Origin: an uncultured Lachnospiraceae bacterium
GTDB taxonomy: Bacteria; Bacillota; Clostridia; Lachnospirales; Lachnospiraceae
Length of the DNA: 64,000 bases
NCBI GenBank assembly: GCA_958402795.1
Contig: CATXUX010000009.1
Location: 12,697-76,696, forward strand
Direction of reading: 5' to 3'
The notes below the pieces were generated by a model. That model was given only the letters and a program-made list of their open reading frames with translations. It made no database searches and was not told the DNA's origin. Both the position numbers and the translations under genes were made by a program. Positions 27,619-37,111 of the stretch are shown here, one piece after another (within the stretch, counting starts at the first letter, position 1; each line of letters opens with the position of its first letter).

Positions 27619-30408
27619 ATGCCAAACGAATCATTGAAAAATTATATGTTGAATGAACATGATTTTCTTCCGGAGGATTATCATGTTAAGGATCCGGAAA
27701 AGCTGGAAATGTTGAAAAAACTGGGTGCTCTGATTACAGACCGCCGGGATAAGCAGAATTGGCAGTCTATTACAGAAAACGATCCTGAGGTCTGGGCTCT
27801 GGATAAGATTATGACCAAAGAAGAAGTTAAGTTTATGTTATCTTTTGAAAAAAAGAGAGTGAAAGTCTATTCTGTGGAAGAGCTTGCCAAAAAGAATCAT
27901 ATTTCTGTTGAAAAAGCACAGGCGCTTTGTGATGGATTATGCGAAACGGGAATTCTGGAATTCGACCGGGAGAATAAGAATCGTCATAAACAGTATTTTA
28001 TTCCGAAATTTGTGGTGGGTTCCGGCGAATATATGATGATGAACAGCAGGCTATTAGAACGCGTACCGGAACTTGCTACAATGTTTAACATCATGACGCA
28101 GGCAGCAGGACCGATAGCTTCGGTTGTTCCGCCGGGAGGCGGCGGAATAGGAATGCATGTTATCCCTGTTGAAAAAGCTATTCCCTATGAGAGTAAATCC
28201 GTTTCGCTGGAACATCTGTCTTACTGGCTGAAAAAATATGATAAATATGCGATTGATGTCTGTGCCTGCCGCCGTCAGCAGCGTATGCGCCAGGAAGGCG
28301 CCGGAGATGTAGAAGGTTATTTTTGCATTGCATTAGGCGATATGGCAGAATACTGTGTGGAAACCAAAAAGGACGCCCACTATATCACCTACGATGAGTG
28401 TATGGAAGTTTTGCGTCTTGCAGAAGAAAAGGGGTTTGTACATCAGGTAACCAATCTTGACGGTGAGGACAAGATTGTTATGATCTGCAACTGTTCACCA
28501 AGTACCTGCAACGCACTACGCAATACGATGTTATTTAATGCCCCCAATTTTTCTGCGTCAGCTTATCGTGCCCACGTAGACCATGACAAATGTGTTGCCT
28601 GCGGCAAATGTGTAGAGGTATGTCCGGCGGGCGCCGCAAAGCTGGGACAGAAATTATGCCGTAAGAATGGAACAGAAGTCAATTATCCAAAGGCACAACT
28701 TCCGGATGTGACTCCATGGGGAGTTGATAAATGGAATTATAACTATCGAGATGATATTCGAATCAATTGTTACGATACCGGTACTTCTCCATGTAAGACA
28801 GCCTGTCCGGCTCATCTTGCAGTGCAGGGGTATATTGAGCTTGCTGCCCAGGGAAGATACAGGGATGCTTTGAAGTTAATTAAGCAGGATAATCCATTTC
28901 CGGCTGTTTGCGGAGCAATCTGTAACCGCAGATGCGAGGATCGGTGTACCAGAGGTACTATAGATCAGCCGGTTGCTATTGATGAAATCAAGAAATTTAT
29001 TGCCGCGCAGGAGCTGACAGAAGAAGGACGTTATATTCCGGTATGTTCCAACGATGAGGGAAAGCAATGGGGGGATGAATTTAAAGTCGCGATTATTGGC
29101 GCAGGCCCTGCAGGACTTTCTGCCGCATATTATCTGCGTACCAAAGGCTATCCGGTTACTGTGTTTGAAAAGGAGAAAGAGCCGGGGGGAATGCTCCGTT
29201 ACGGAATTCCGTCTTTCCGATTAGAAAAAGACGTTATCAAAGCGGAAATTAATGTCATTCAGACAATGGGGGCAGATATCCGCTGCTGCATAGAAGTTGG
29301 AAAAGATATTACACTGGATGAACTCCGTGCACAGGGATACAAAGCGTTTTATGTTGCGATCGGTATGCAGAACGGCAGGAAGACGGGCGTATCAGGAGAA
29401 GATGCTGCAGGTGTTGAGACAGGTATTGATTTTCTGCGGAGAGTGAATCTGGATAGCAGCCAGAGGCTTGAAGGCAAAACGGTTGTAGTTGGCGGCGGCA
29501 ACGTTGCAATTGACGTGGCAAGAACCGCACTGCGTGCAGGCTCTTCGGATGTTACGATGGTTTGTCTGGAGAGTCCTTCCGAAATGCCTGCAGCTGCGGA
29601 CGAAATTGCGGAAACCAAAGCTGAAGGTATTCATATCCGGAACGGGTGGGGACCACAGGAAATTCTTACTACTGAGGGAAAGGTTACTGGAATTGTATTT
29701 AAGAAATGCACGTCTGTATATGACAAAGACCGTCAATTTCATCCGCAGTATGATGTAGAAGATACTATTACGATTGCCTGTGATAATGTACTGCTTTCTA
29801 TTGGCCAGGCTGCCGCATGGGGAAGTCTTCTCGACGGTTCTAAGGTTGTGCTTCGCAGAAACGGAACGGCAGAGGCAGATCCTGTTACATTACAGACGGC
29901 AGAGCCGGATATTTTCGTCGGAGGAGATATCCATCACGGCGCAAGATTTGCTATTGATGCGATCGCAGATGGTAAAGAGGGTATGGTTAGTATCCATCGG
30001 TATGTTCACCCGGGACAAAGTCTGACACTTAGCAGAGACCGCAGAGAATTTATTGAACTTGACCGCGATGATATTCTTATAGAATCCTATGATAATGCCG
30101 GACGTCAGGTCCCGGGCATGAAACCGGGAGAAAGCGGAAAGACATTTTCTGATCTTCGTCTTCCGCTGACGGAAGAACAGGTAAAAGCAGAAGCAAAACG
30201 ATGTCTGCATTGTGGTGCAACGACGGTTGATGAAAATAAATGCATAGGATGTGGTCTGTGTACTACAAGATGCGAATTCGATGCAATACACCTGTCAAGG
30301 GATCTTCCGCAGAATACCAGAATGTATACTGCGGAGGAAGGCCCTAAAAAGGCGATTCTTCCTTATATGATAAAACGTAAAGTGAAGATGAAACTTAAAA
30401 GAAAATAA
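27619..30408 (+). CDS. Multi-[4Fe-4S] FAD/NAD(P)H-dependent oxidoreductase (GltD-like core with ferredoxin domains)
   Basis: CACRR, ICNC, CVACGKCVEVCP, PCKTACP/CGAICNRRCE, GAGPAG, GGGNVAID and CIGCGLCTTRC. Start 27619 with a GGGAGG RBS. Confidence 0.88.
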   Translation: MPNESLKNYMLNEHDFLPEDYHVKDPEKLEMLKKLGALITDRRDKQNWQSITENDPEVWALDKIMTKEEVKFMLSFEKKRVKVYSVEELAKKNHISVEKAQALCDGLCETGILEFDRENKNRHKQYFIPKFVVGSGEYMMMNSRLLERVPELATMFNIMTQAAGPIASVVPPGGGGIGMHVIPVEKAIPYESKSVSLEHLSYWLKKYDKYAIDVCACRRQQRMRQEGAGDVEGYFCIALGDMAEYCVETKKDAHYITYDECMEVLRLAEEKGFVHQVTNLDGEDKIVMICNCSPSTCNALRNTMLFNAPNFSASAYRAHVDHDKCVACGKCVEVCPAGAAKLGQKLCRKNGTEVNYPKAQLPDVTPWGVDKWNYNYRDDIRINCYDTGTSPCKTACPAHLAVQGYIELAAQGRYRDALKLIKQDNPFPAVCGAICNRRCEDRCTRGTIDQPVAIDEIKKFIAAQELTEEGRYIPVCSNDEGKQWGDEFKVAIIGAGPAGLSAAYYLRTKGYPVTVFEKEKEPGGMLRYGIPSFRLEKDVIKAEINVIQTMGADIRCCIEVGKDITLDELRAQGYKAFYVAIGMQNGRKTGVSGEDAAGVETGIDFLRRVNLDSSQRLEGKTVVVGGGNVAIDVARTALRAGSSDVTMVCLESPSEMPAAADEIAETKAEGIHIRNGWGPQEILTTEGKVTGIVFKKCTSVYDKDRQFHPQYDVEDTITIACDNVLLSIGQAAAWGSLLDGSKVVLRRNGTAEADPVTLQTAEPDIFVGGDIHHGARFAIDAIADGKEGMVSIHRYVHPGQSLTLSRDRREFIELDRDDILIESYDNAGRQVPGMKPGESGKTFSDLRLPLTEEQVKAEAKRCLHCGATTVDENKCIGCGLCTTRCEFDAIHLSRDLPQNTRMYTAEEGPKKAILPYMIKRKVKMKLKRK

Positions 30409-30432
30409 TATGGAAAATCTGAGAGGAATATT

Positions 30433-30783
30433 ATGCACGAATTAGGAATAGTTACCTATATTATAAAAGCAGTGGATAAGATTGCGGAAGAAAATCAGAT
30501 TTTTAAAATAGAGTCTGTTGTTCTGGAAATCGGCGAGGTATCCGGGATTGTCCCGGATTACCTCATGGACTGCTGGAATTATTTTAAAAAAAGAGATCCT
30601 CTGTTGGAAGAATCCGAACTGCAATATGAAACGCTTCCGGCAGTGACTTACTGTGAAAACTGTAGGGCAGAATATGCTACTGTAGAATTTGGAAAGATTT
30701 GCCCGCACTGCGGAAGTGAACATACGTATCTTCTGACAGGAAATGAATGTAATATCAAAGAACTGACAGCCATTGAGGATTGA
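30433..30783 (+). CDS. hypA: HypA/HybF nickel metallochaperone
   Basis: MHELGI N-terminus; CENC...CPHCGS zinc site. Confidence 0.92.
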   Translation: MHELGIVTYIIKAVDKIAEENQIFKIESVVLEIGEVSGIVPDYLMDCWNYFKKRDPLLEESELQYETLPAVTYCENCRAEYATVEFGKICPHCGSEHTYLLTGNECNIKELTAIED

Positions 30784-30861
30784 TTATGAATACAACTATA
30801 ATAATTGATTTGATAATGCAGGGAATTGTTTATGCAGCATGATTTGCGGTTTTACCAAAAT

Positions 30862-30956
30862 AGTACAAAAAAGGACACAATGTCTTAATAGGACATTGCG
30901 TCCTTTTTTGTACTTTATCATACGAGAGAATTTTTGTAAACTTTAACTATAAAAAA
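30862..30956. promoter_or_regulatory. Operator/promoter copy 2 with two AGGACA-N3-(T/C)GTC(C/T)T sites inside a 53-bp imperfect palindrome
   Basis: 30887-30956 aligns with 27526-27594. Perfect outer arms AGTACAAAAAAGGAC (30862-30876) / GTCCTTTTTTGTACT (30900-30914). Confidence 0.7.
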
Positions 30957-31067
30957 GAGATGGAGGAAGAAAAAAATGGACGAAATGACCAAGAACATAT
31001 GGAAAAGAATCATTATTTAATGAAAAAAGCCGGAGAAAATATAGTAATGAATTTGGAGAAACGAAAA

Positions 31068-31910
31068 ATGAATAATATAAAAATTCATGCATTAAAATGT
31101 GGAATGGTTATGGTTGACAGAGCCCTGCCGTATGGAAATGAGTCAGGAGACTTAAATTCACAGCAGGAGGTGCTAATGGCAATCGGAGGATATCGCAGTC
31201 AGGAATATCAGGTCATGCTGAATGTGTACTCTTATTTGATCGAACACCCAAAGGGGAAAATACTTGTAGATACAGGGTGGCATACAGATGTGCGCTATAA
31301 CCAGTATGAAGTATTGGGAGATTTCCATTATAAGATTAACAAGGCATTTTTGCCGAAAGGGCAGGCGATTGACGAGCATCTGTCTGTAATGGAAATTAAG
31401 CCGAAGAGTTTGGATTATGTTTTGCTGACGCACTTACATACAGATCATGCCAGCGGATTGAAACTGGTGGCAGATGCCGGAAAAATTATGGTTAGTGACG
31501 TTGAATTAAAGGCGGCGCTGGGACCGGCAAAGGAGAGTTATGAGCAATCTATGTGGAAAGGGGTGAATCTGGAATCTTTTGTGCTCGAGGATATGGGAAT
31601 CGGTCCGCATGGAAAATCATTTGATCTTTTTGGAGACGGCAGTGTAGAAATGATCAGCGTAGCTGGTCATACTCCCGGGTTGTGTGCATGTAAGGTGACA
31701 AATGCAGATGGGAAATTTGTGCTGATAACGGGAGACTGTGGATATGCAAAAAAATCATGGGAACAAATGGTTATGCCGGGAGTAATGTGGAACTTTGAAC
31801 TGGGAATGAAATCTTTAAAATGGGTCCACGATATGGCGCTGGATCCAAATTGTATCGAAGTGCTGGCAATGCATGATCCTGAATTGGAACCACATGTAAT
31901 AGAATTTTAG
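31068..31910 (+). CDS. Metallo-beta-lactamase-fold hydrolase (AHL-lactonase family)
   Basis: YLIEHPKGKILVDTG, THLHTDH, GHTPG, ITGD, AMHD. Start 31068 with a GGAG RBS. Confidence 0.85.
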   Translation: MNNIKIHALKCGMVMVDRALPYGNESGDLNSQQEVLMAIGGYRSQEYQVMLNVYSYLIEHPKGKILVDTGWHTDVRYNQYEVLGDFHYKINKAFLPKGQAIDEHLSVMEIKPKSLDYVLLTHLHTDHASGLKLVADAGKIMVSDVELKAALGPAKESYEQSMWKGVNLESFVLEDMGIGPHGKSFDLFGDGSVEMISVAGHTPGLCACKVTNADGKFVLITGDCGYAKKSWEQMVMPGVMWNFELGMKSLKWVHDMALDPNCIEVLAMHDPELEPHVIEF

Positions 31911-32032
31911 GAGGCTTAATTATGCAGAAAAATGTGATTCACAGTATAAACGAGTATCAAAAAAACGTGCCGCGTATTTGATACTTGGATTCATACGTTA
32001 AATAAAAAGATTTTCTGAGAAGGTATGCTGCA

Positions 32033-32917
32033 ATGAAAGTTCCGGTTTATTTATTTTTAGGTATGCTAGATGCAGGTAAGACAAGTTTTATAGAGAAGAC
32101 ATTGTCGGGCTGTCTTGATGATACGAACAGGCTTTTGATTATGTGTGAGGATGGTGAGAAAACATATTCGGAAAATATACATGGAATTGCGGAGATCATT
32201 TCCATTGAAAAACCAGAACAGTTTACGAGAGAAGCACTGTGTGAGCTGGATCAGAAATATCAGCCGCAACAAGTGTTCATTGAGTATAACGGAATGTGGC
32301 CTCTGTCTGCAAAATTGCCGGAGTCCTGGGAATATTTCCAAAAAATATGTTTGATAGATGCAACGACATTTACCACATATATTACGAACATGCCTCAGCA
32401 GATCATGGAAAAAATCATGGCTGCTAATATGGTATTACTGAATCGGTGTACCAGGGAACTGGCAGAAACTGTACGCAGCCGGAATCTTAGAATTGTAAAC
32501 CGACGCGCAGAATTTTATTTGGAGTATGAAGATGGAACAATTGAAAACTATAAGCAGGAAGGCCTGCTGATGCTCGATCTGACACAGCCGGTTATCACAG
32601 TTCCGGATGAGGATTATTCATTGTGGTATGTTGAATTTATGGATAATCTCCAGTCCTATGCAGGCAAGACGATAAGAATAAAAGGGATGATACGGAAAGG
32701 ATCCCGGTTTGATCCTTATGTAATGATTGGAAGATGGATTATGACCTGCTGTGAAAAAGATATGCAGTATTTTGGAATTGCTTTAGATCCAATGGGATTG
32801 GAAGCTTATAGTGACGGCGAGTGGGCGGAAGTCACAGGTACGATTCACAAGGTATATCTGAACGAATATGAGGGAATGGGACCCATGATGGAAGTTCAGT
32901 CTGCAAAACGCTTATAG
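32033..32917 (+). CDS. CobW-like P-loop protein with TIGR03943-like C-terminal domain
   Basis: PVYLFLGMLDAGKT, CEDGE, IEYNGMW, GRWIMTCCEKD. Confidence 0.75.
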   Translation: MKVPVYLFLGMLDAGKTSFIEKTLSGCLDDTNRLLIMCEDGEKTYSENIHGIAEIISIEKPEQFTREALCELDQKYQPQQVFIEYNGMWPLSAKLPESWEYFQKICLIDATTFTTYITNMPQQIMEKIMAANMVLLNRCTRELAETVRSRNLRIVNRRAEFYLEYEDGTIENYKQEGLLMLDLTQPVITVPDEDYSLWYVEFMDNLQSYAGKTIRIKGMIRKGSRFDPYVMIGRWIMTCCEKDMQYFGIALDPMGLEAYSDGEWAEVTGTIHKVYLNEYEGMGPMMEVQSAKRL

Positions 32918-32954
32918 CTGTGAAGAAAAAAAGAATGTTTAGGAGGTATTTTTT

Positions 32955-33971
32955 ATGAATTGGAAAATTGGAACTGCAAATAGGGTGGAAATAACTATGA
33001 TTTGTGATAACTATATTGATACATTGTACATGGATCCGCCGGGAGTATCGGTTATGAGAAAAGGTCTTGGATTTGCTTTTGATCCGGCCAATGCAACGGC
33101 TATGCCGGTTGCTGACAACTGTTCTGCAATGTTGATTGATGTGTATGCGCTGGAAGGCAATCCGATCGGCGCGCCTGCGCCATATCGTATCTTGTTTGAT
33201 TGTGGTGGAACACCGGAAACTTTTATTCAGAATTTCAGGGCATTAAAAATAGATCCGTTATCCATTCATCAGGTTGTCATCAGTCATGGACATCCGGATC
33301 ATATGGGCGGTATTAAAATATTTATGGAGGAACGCGGCGGAGTTCCATGTCCGGTTGTTATTCATCCGGCTACATATTCTCCCAGATATATCGTATCTCC
33401 TCACGGATTCCTGTTCCCGCATATTACGGCAGCATTGCCGAGCAAGAAAGAGTGCGAAGATGCAGGAGCGAGATTTGTCATTGTAGACGAGCCGATAAAA
33501 GTGGGACCGGCGGCTATGACGACAGGAGAAATCCCATGGTATGAGGATGTACCATTTGAACCTTCACCAATTACGATTTATCATGAACAGGATCACAAAT
33601 TTGTTTTAGATAAAACACCGGATGAGATGGCTTTATGTATTAATCTGAAAGACAAAGGACTGGTTGTAATCAGTGGTTGTGCACACAATGGCATCATTAA
33701 TACTGTAAAAAGATGTCAGGAAGTATCCGGAATTGATGAAGTGTATGCTGTTATCGGAGGCTTTCATCTGGGATTTCCTGAAGTTCCGAGTGATATGCCG
33801 GCAAAGACGATTGAAAAACTGAAAGAAATCAATCCGAAAGTTGTTATCCCACAGCATTGTACCGGATTCAAAGCAACAGTTGAGATTATGAATGCTTTTC
33901 CGGAAGAATACGTACAGTCAAGCGTAGGTATGAAAGTATGTCTGCCGTTTGCGAAACATATGAAAAAATAA
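32955..33971 (+). CDS. Metallo-beta-lactamase-fold hydrolase
   Basis: ILFDCG, SHGHPDHMGG, ISGCAHNGIIN, IGGFHL, PQHCTG. Confidence 0.85.
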   Translation: MNWKIGTANRVEITMICDNYIDTLYMDPPGVSVMRKGLGFAFDPANATAMPVADNCSAMLIDVYALEGNPIGAPAPYRILFDCGGTPETFIQNFRALKIDPLSIHQVVISHGHPDHMGGIKIFMEERGGVPCPVVIHPATYSPRYIVSPHGFLFPHITAALPSKKECEDAGARFVIVDEPIKVGPAAMTTGEIPWYEDVPFEPSPITIYHEQDHKFVLDKTPDEMALCINLKDKGLVVISGCAHNGIINTVKRCQEVSGIDEVYAVIGGFHLGFPEVPSDMPAKTIEKLKEINPKVVIPQHCTGFKATVEIMNAFPEEYVQSSVGMKVCLPFAKHMKK

Positions 33972-34003
33972 AAAATCTGTATATAGGATAAAAGGAGAAG
34001 AAT

Positions 34004-35323
34004 ATGGGATTATTTGGAATACTGACAGCTGTAGTAGTATTGTTTGCATTAGCATATGTAGGAATACCAGTAATTATTTTATCTATAATATGTACTATAA
34101 TTGTGGCATTATCAAATGAAATGGGGGTTGGGACAACCCTAACAGAAATTTTTTTGCCGGGAGCTGCTAATTCATTCCAATTAATTTTCATTGTAGGTAT
34201 TTTTGGCGCAGTTATTGCAGAGTTCTATAAAGCAAGTGGAGGAGCGACAGCGATTGCAAGATCGCTCCTCAATGCTTCAAAGAAAATTTTCAAAGGAAGC
34301 AATTCCGTCGTTGTACCAATTGTTGTTATTAATGTCATTGGGATGATTTTATGTTATGGTGGAATTAATGGTGTGATTGCTATTATTATTATGATGCCGA
34401 TCGTATTAGAGATAATGAAGTCCTATGACATGCCTCGCTATTTGGCAGCAGGTATTATTATGGGTGCAACCTGCACGGCAGCCATGACTATGCCGGGAAG
34501 TCCTCAATCGCAAAATGTAATACCAGGCTTGTATCTTGGAACTTCACCGGTTGCTGGTCTGATTGCCGGAATAATTGCCGGAATTATAGTAGTAGTATTA
34601 AATATAGCTATTATGACGGTACTTACAAAGAAAGCAATGAAAAAAGGAGACCATTACGAGGAGTACCACCAGAATGCAACACAAGGTCAGGAAACACAGG
34701 ATCATTTGCCGAATGTGTGGATTGCATTAATTCCAATGGTAGCGACTTTTGTATTATATGTAGTTGTCCGGGTGGATATTATGGTTGCTTTAGGTGCCGG
34801 GTTGATATTGTGTTTTCCGTGTTTCTGGAAACAATTGAGAACTTTTCATAATTTTTGCAGAGTATTGACTGATGGAAGTATGAATTCATGCGGACTTTTG
34901 ATGGTCGTATGTATGCTTTCAGGCTTTGGCGCTGTTGTTGCTGAAACAGATTCATTCCATACGCTTTGCAGTTACCTTACAAAAATTCCGGGTCCGGCTA
35001 CATTTAAAGTATTAATTGCAATGGCAATTACGGTTATGGTTGCTGGTTCCGGTCCGGCAGGAGAGATGGCGGGAGTCCCGATGTTTTCTCAGGTGTTTGG
35101 AGAAATGGGAGTAAGTGCGGCCGCTTTTCACCGGATCGCGGCATTTACAGGTACATGCCTGGATACTTTGCCTTCTAATGCAGGGGTTAATATAGCCTCA
35201 CAATTAAGTGGGTATTCTGTTAAGGAAACATATAAATACTGCTTTTTGACCTCAGTATTAACAACATCTGTAGGGGCGATAGTTGTGACAATTTTATTGA
35301 CATTGTTTCCAAATTTACCGTAA
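34004..35323 (+). CDS. GntP-family organic-acid permease
   Basis: Multi-TM; LCYGGI, MPGSPQSQN, FHRIAA...LDTLP. Confidence 0.8.
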   Translation: MGLFGILTAVVVLFALAYVGIPVIILSIICTIIVALSNEMGVGTTLTEIFLPGAANSFQLIFIVGIFGAVIAEFYKASGGATAIARSLLNASKKIFKGSNSVVVPIVVINVIGMILCYGGINGVIAIIIMMPIVLEIMKSYDMPRYLAAGIIMGATCTAAMTMPGSPQSQNVIPGLYLGTSPVAGLIAGIIAGIIVVVLNIAIMTVLTKKAMKKGDHYEEYHQNATQGQETQDHLPNVWIALIPMVATFVLYVVVRVDIMVALGAGLILCFPCFWKQLRTFHNFCRVLTDGSMNSCGLLMVVCMLSGFGAVVAETDSFHTLCSYLTKIPGPATFKVLIAMAITVMVAGSGPAGEMAGVPMFSQVFGEMGVSAAAFHRIAAFTGTCLDTLPSNAGVNIASQLSGYSVKETYKYCFLTSVLTTSVGAIVVTILLTLFPNLP

Positions 35324-35340
35324 GTGAAAGGATGATACAT

Positions 35341-36702
35341 ATGACTGAAATTAAAATTTTGACTCCGGTCGGGATGTTAGGATATGGATTCCCGGAGGAG
35401 GATTATAAACGAGGATTAGAACAAGAACCTGATGCAGTAATTTTAGATTCAGGTTCTACAGATCCGGGACCGTATATGCTAGGAACCGGACAGACATTGG
35501 TAAAAGAACGAGCATATATTCGTGATTTAAAAGTGATTTTATCTGGGATCGGTGATAAAAAAATACCATTGATAATTGGTTCCGCCGGAGGAGCCGGAAC
35601 AAACGAAAATGTTGACTTTATCATTCGGATTATTACAGAAATCTGTCAGGAACTAGGAATACATAAAAAAATTGTGATGATATATGCCGATGTTCGTAAA
35701 GAATTTGTTATGGGACGGTTCCGGGAAGGAAAAATTACTTCTTGCTCCTCTTCGCCGGAATTGACAGAAAAAGATATAGAAAGCTCTGTAAGAATTGTTG
35801 CACAAATGGGAGCTGAACCGATTTTGAAGGCATTGCAGGACAATCCTGATGCCGATATTATTGTGGCAGGAAGAGCTTATGATCCCTCTCCGTATGCAGC
35901 GTTTTGTATGTACAAAGGAATTACGGATCCGGGAATTTACTGGCATATGGGAAAGATTATGGAATGCGGCGCGTTTTGTTGTGAAAAGAAAGGACAAGTG
36001 ATTCTTGCCACTGTGAGAGAAGATAGTTTTGATCTTGAACCGATGGCATTGGATAATCGATGCACGGAAGTTACTGTGGCTTCTCATACATTATATGAGA
36101 AGACAAGACCGGATCTGCTTCCCGGCCCCGGAGGTGTGTTAAATCTGCAGAAATCACATTATGAACAGCTGACAGACCGTTCTGTGCGAGTGTGTGGAAG
36201 TGAGTTTATTCCGTCTCCGGTTTATCAGGTTAAGCTGGAAGGTGCTGCAATCAAAGGATACCGAACCGCTTTTATTGGAGGAGTCAGAGATCCGATCTTA
36301 ATATCTCAAATAGATAGTTTTCTGGAAATGGTAAGGGAATATTCGACTTCTCTTTATCCGGAATTAGAAAATGGTGAGGCTCAGTTGTTTTTCCATGTTT
36401 ATGGAAAAAATGCAGTCATGGAAGATTTGGAACCGAACGCAGATTATATACCAAATGAGATTGGAATTTTAGGGGAAGTAACTGCACCGACTCAGGAACT
36501 CGCCAATGCAATATGTTCTAATACCCGTGTTGGCGTATTGCATGGACCATATAAAGGACAACTGGCAACCGGTGGAAATCTGGCGCTGCCATTGAATCCT
36601 CCGGATAATCCATTAGGACCGGTATGTCAATTTTCAATCTACCATTTGATGGAAGTAGATGATCCTTTGGAATTATTCCCGAGTGAAACAATGGAGGTGT
36701 AG
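35341..36702 (+). CDS. AtuA-family (DUF1446) protein
   Basis: GMLGYGFP, DSGSTDPGPY, GSAGGAG, VAQMG, GRAYD, HMGKIMECG. Confidence 0.8.
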   Translation: MTEIKILTPVGMLGYGFPEEDYKRGLEQEPDAVILDSGSTDPGPYMLGTGQTLVKERAYIRDLKVILSGIGDKKIPLIIGSAGGAGTNENVDFIIRIITEICQELGIHKKIVMIYADVRKEFVMGRFREGKITSCSSSPELTEKDIESSVRIVAQMGAEPILKALQDNPDADIIVAGRAYDPSPYAAFCMYKGITDPGIYWHMGKIMECGAFCCEKKGQVILATVREDSFDLEPMALDNRCTEVTVASHTLYEKTRPDLLPGPGGVLNLQKSHYEQLTDRSVRVCGSEFIPSPVYQVKLEGAAIKGYRTAFIGGVRDPILISQIDSFLEMVREYSTSLYPELENGEAQLFFHVYGKNAVMEDLEPNADYIPNEIGILGEVTAPTQELANAICSNTRVGVLHGPYKGQLATGGNLALPLNPPDNPLGPVCQFSIYHLMEVDDPLELFPSETMEV

Positions 36703-36704
36703 AG

Positions 36705-37019
36705 ATGGCAAAGTTAAAAGAACTGGCAAAAGTAATAAGAAGCAAAAACGCAGGACCATATGAAATTACTTTTGATATTATGTTTTCCGATAAAGAATCT
36801 TATGAAAAAGTAAAACAGAGTGGGGTTCTGAACGAGAAAATTATTTGTGAATTATATCATGTGACTTTAGAAGATATAAAAGCAATGTTGTTTTTTGATC
36901 CGGCTCTGGCATTTAAATTTACATTAAGCAGACCGGGGAAAGGTTTTCAGGGAAGCATAGGAGAACACGATACGTTCGGAACTCAGCAGCATGCACCCCT
37001 ATTAGATATTGAGATATGA
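36705..37019 (+). CDS. DUF4387 family protein
   Basis: IRSKNAGPYEITFDIMF...DTFGTQQHAPLL. Confidence 0.85.
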   Translation: MAKLKELAKVIRSKNAGPYEITFDIMFSDKESYEKVKQSGVLNEKIICELYHVTLEDIKAMLFFDPALAFKFTLSRPGKGFQGSIGEHDTFGTQQHAPLLDIEI

Positions 37020-37111
37020 AAAAAATGAAAAACAGTTCCGGTGATTCGGAACTGCTTTGTGTTATGAATGACCGCCCGATTTTTCGGACGGTCATAGAAC
37101 CTTTCCGCAGT

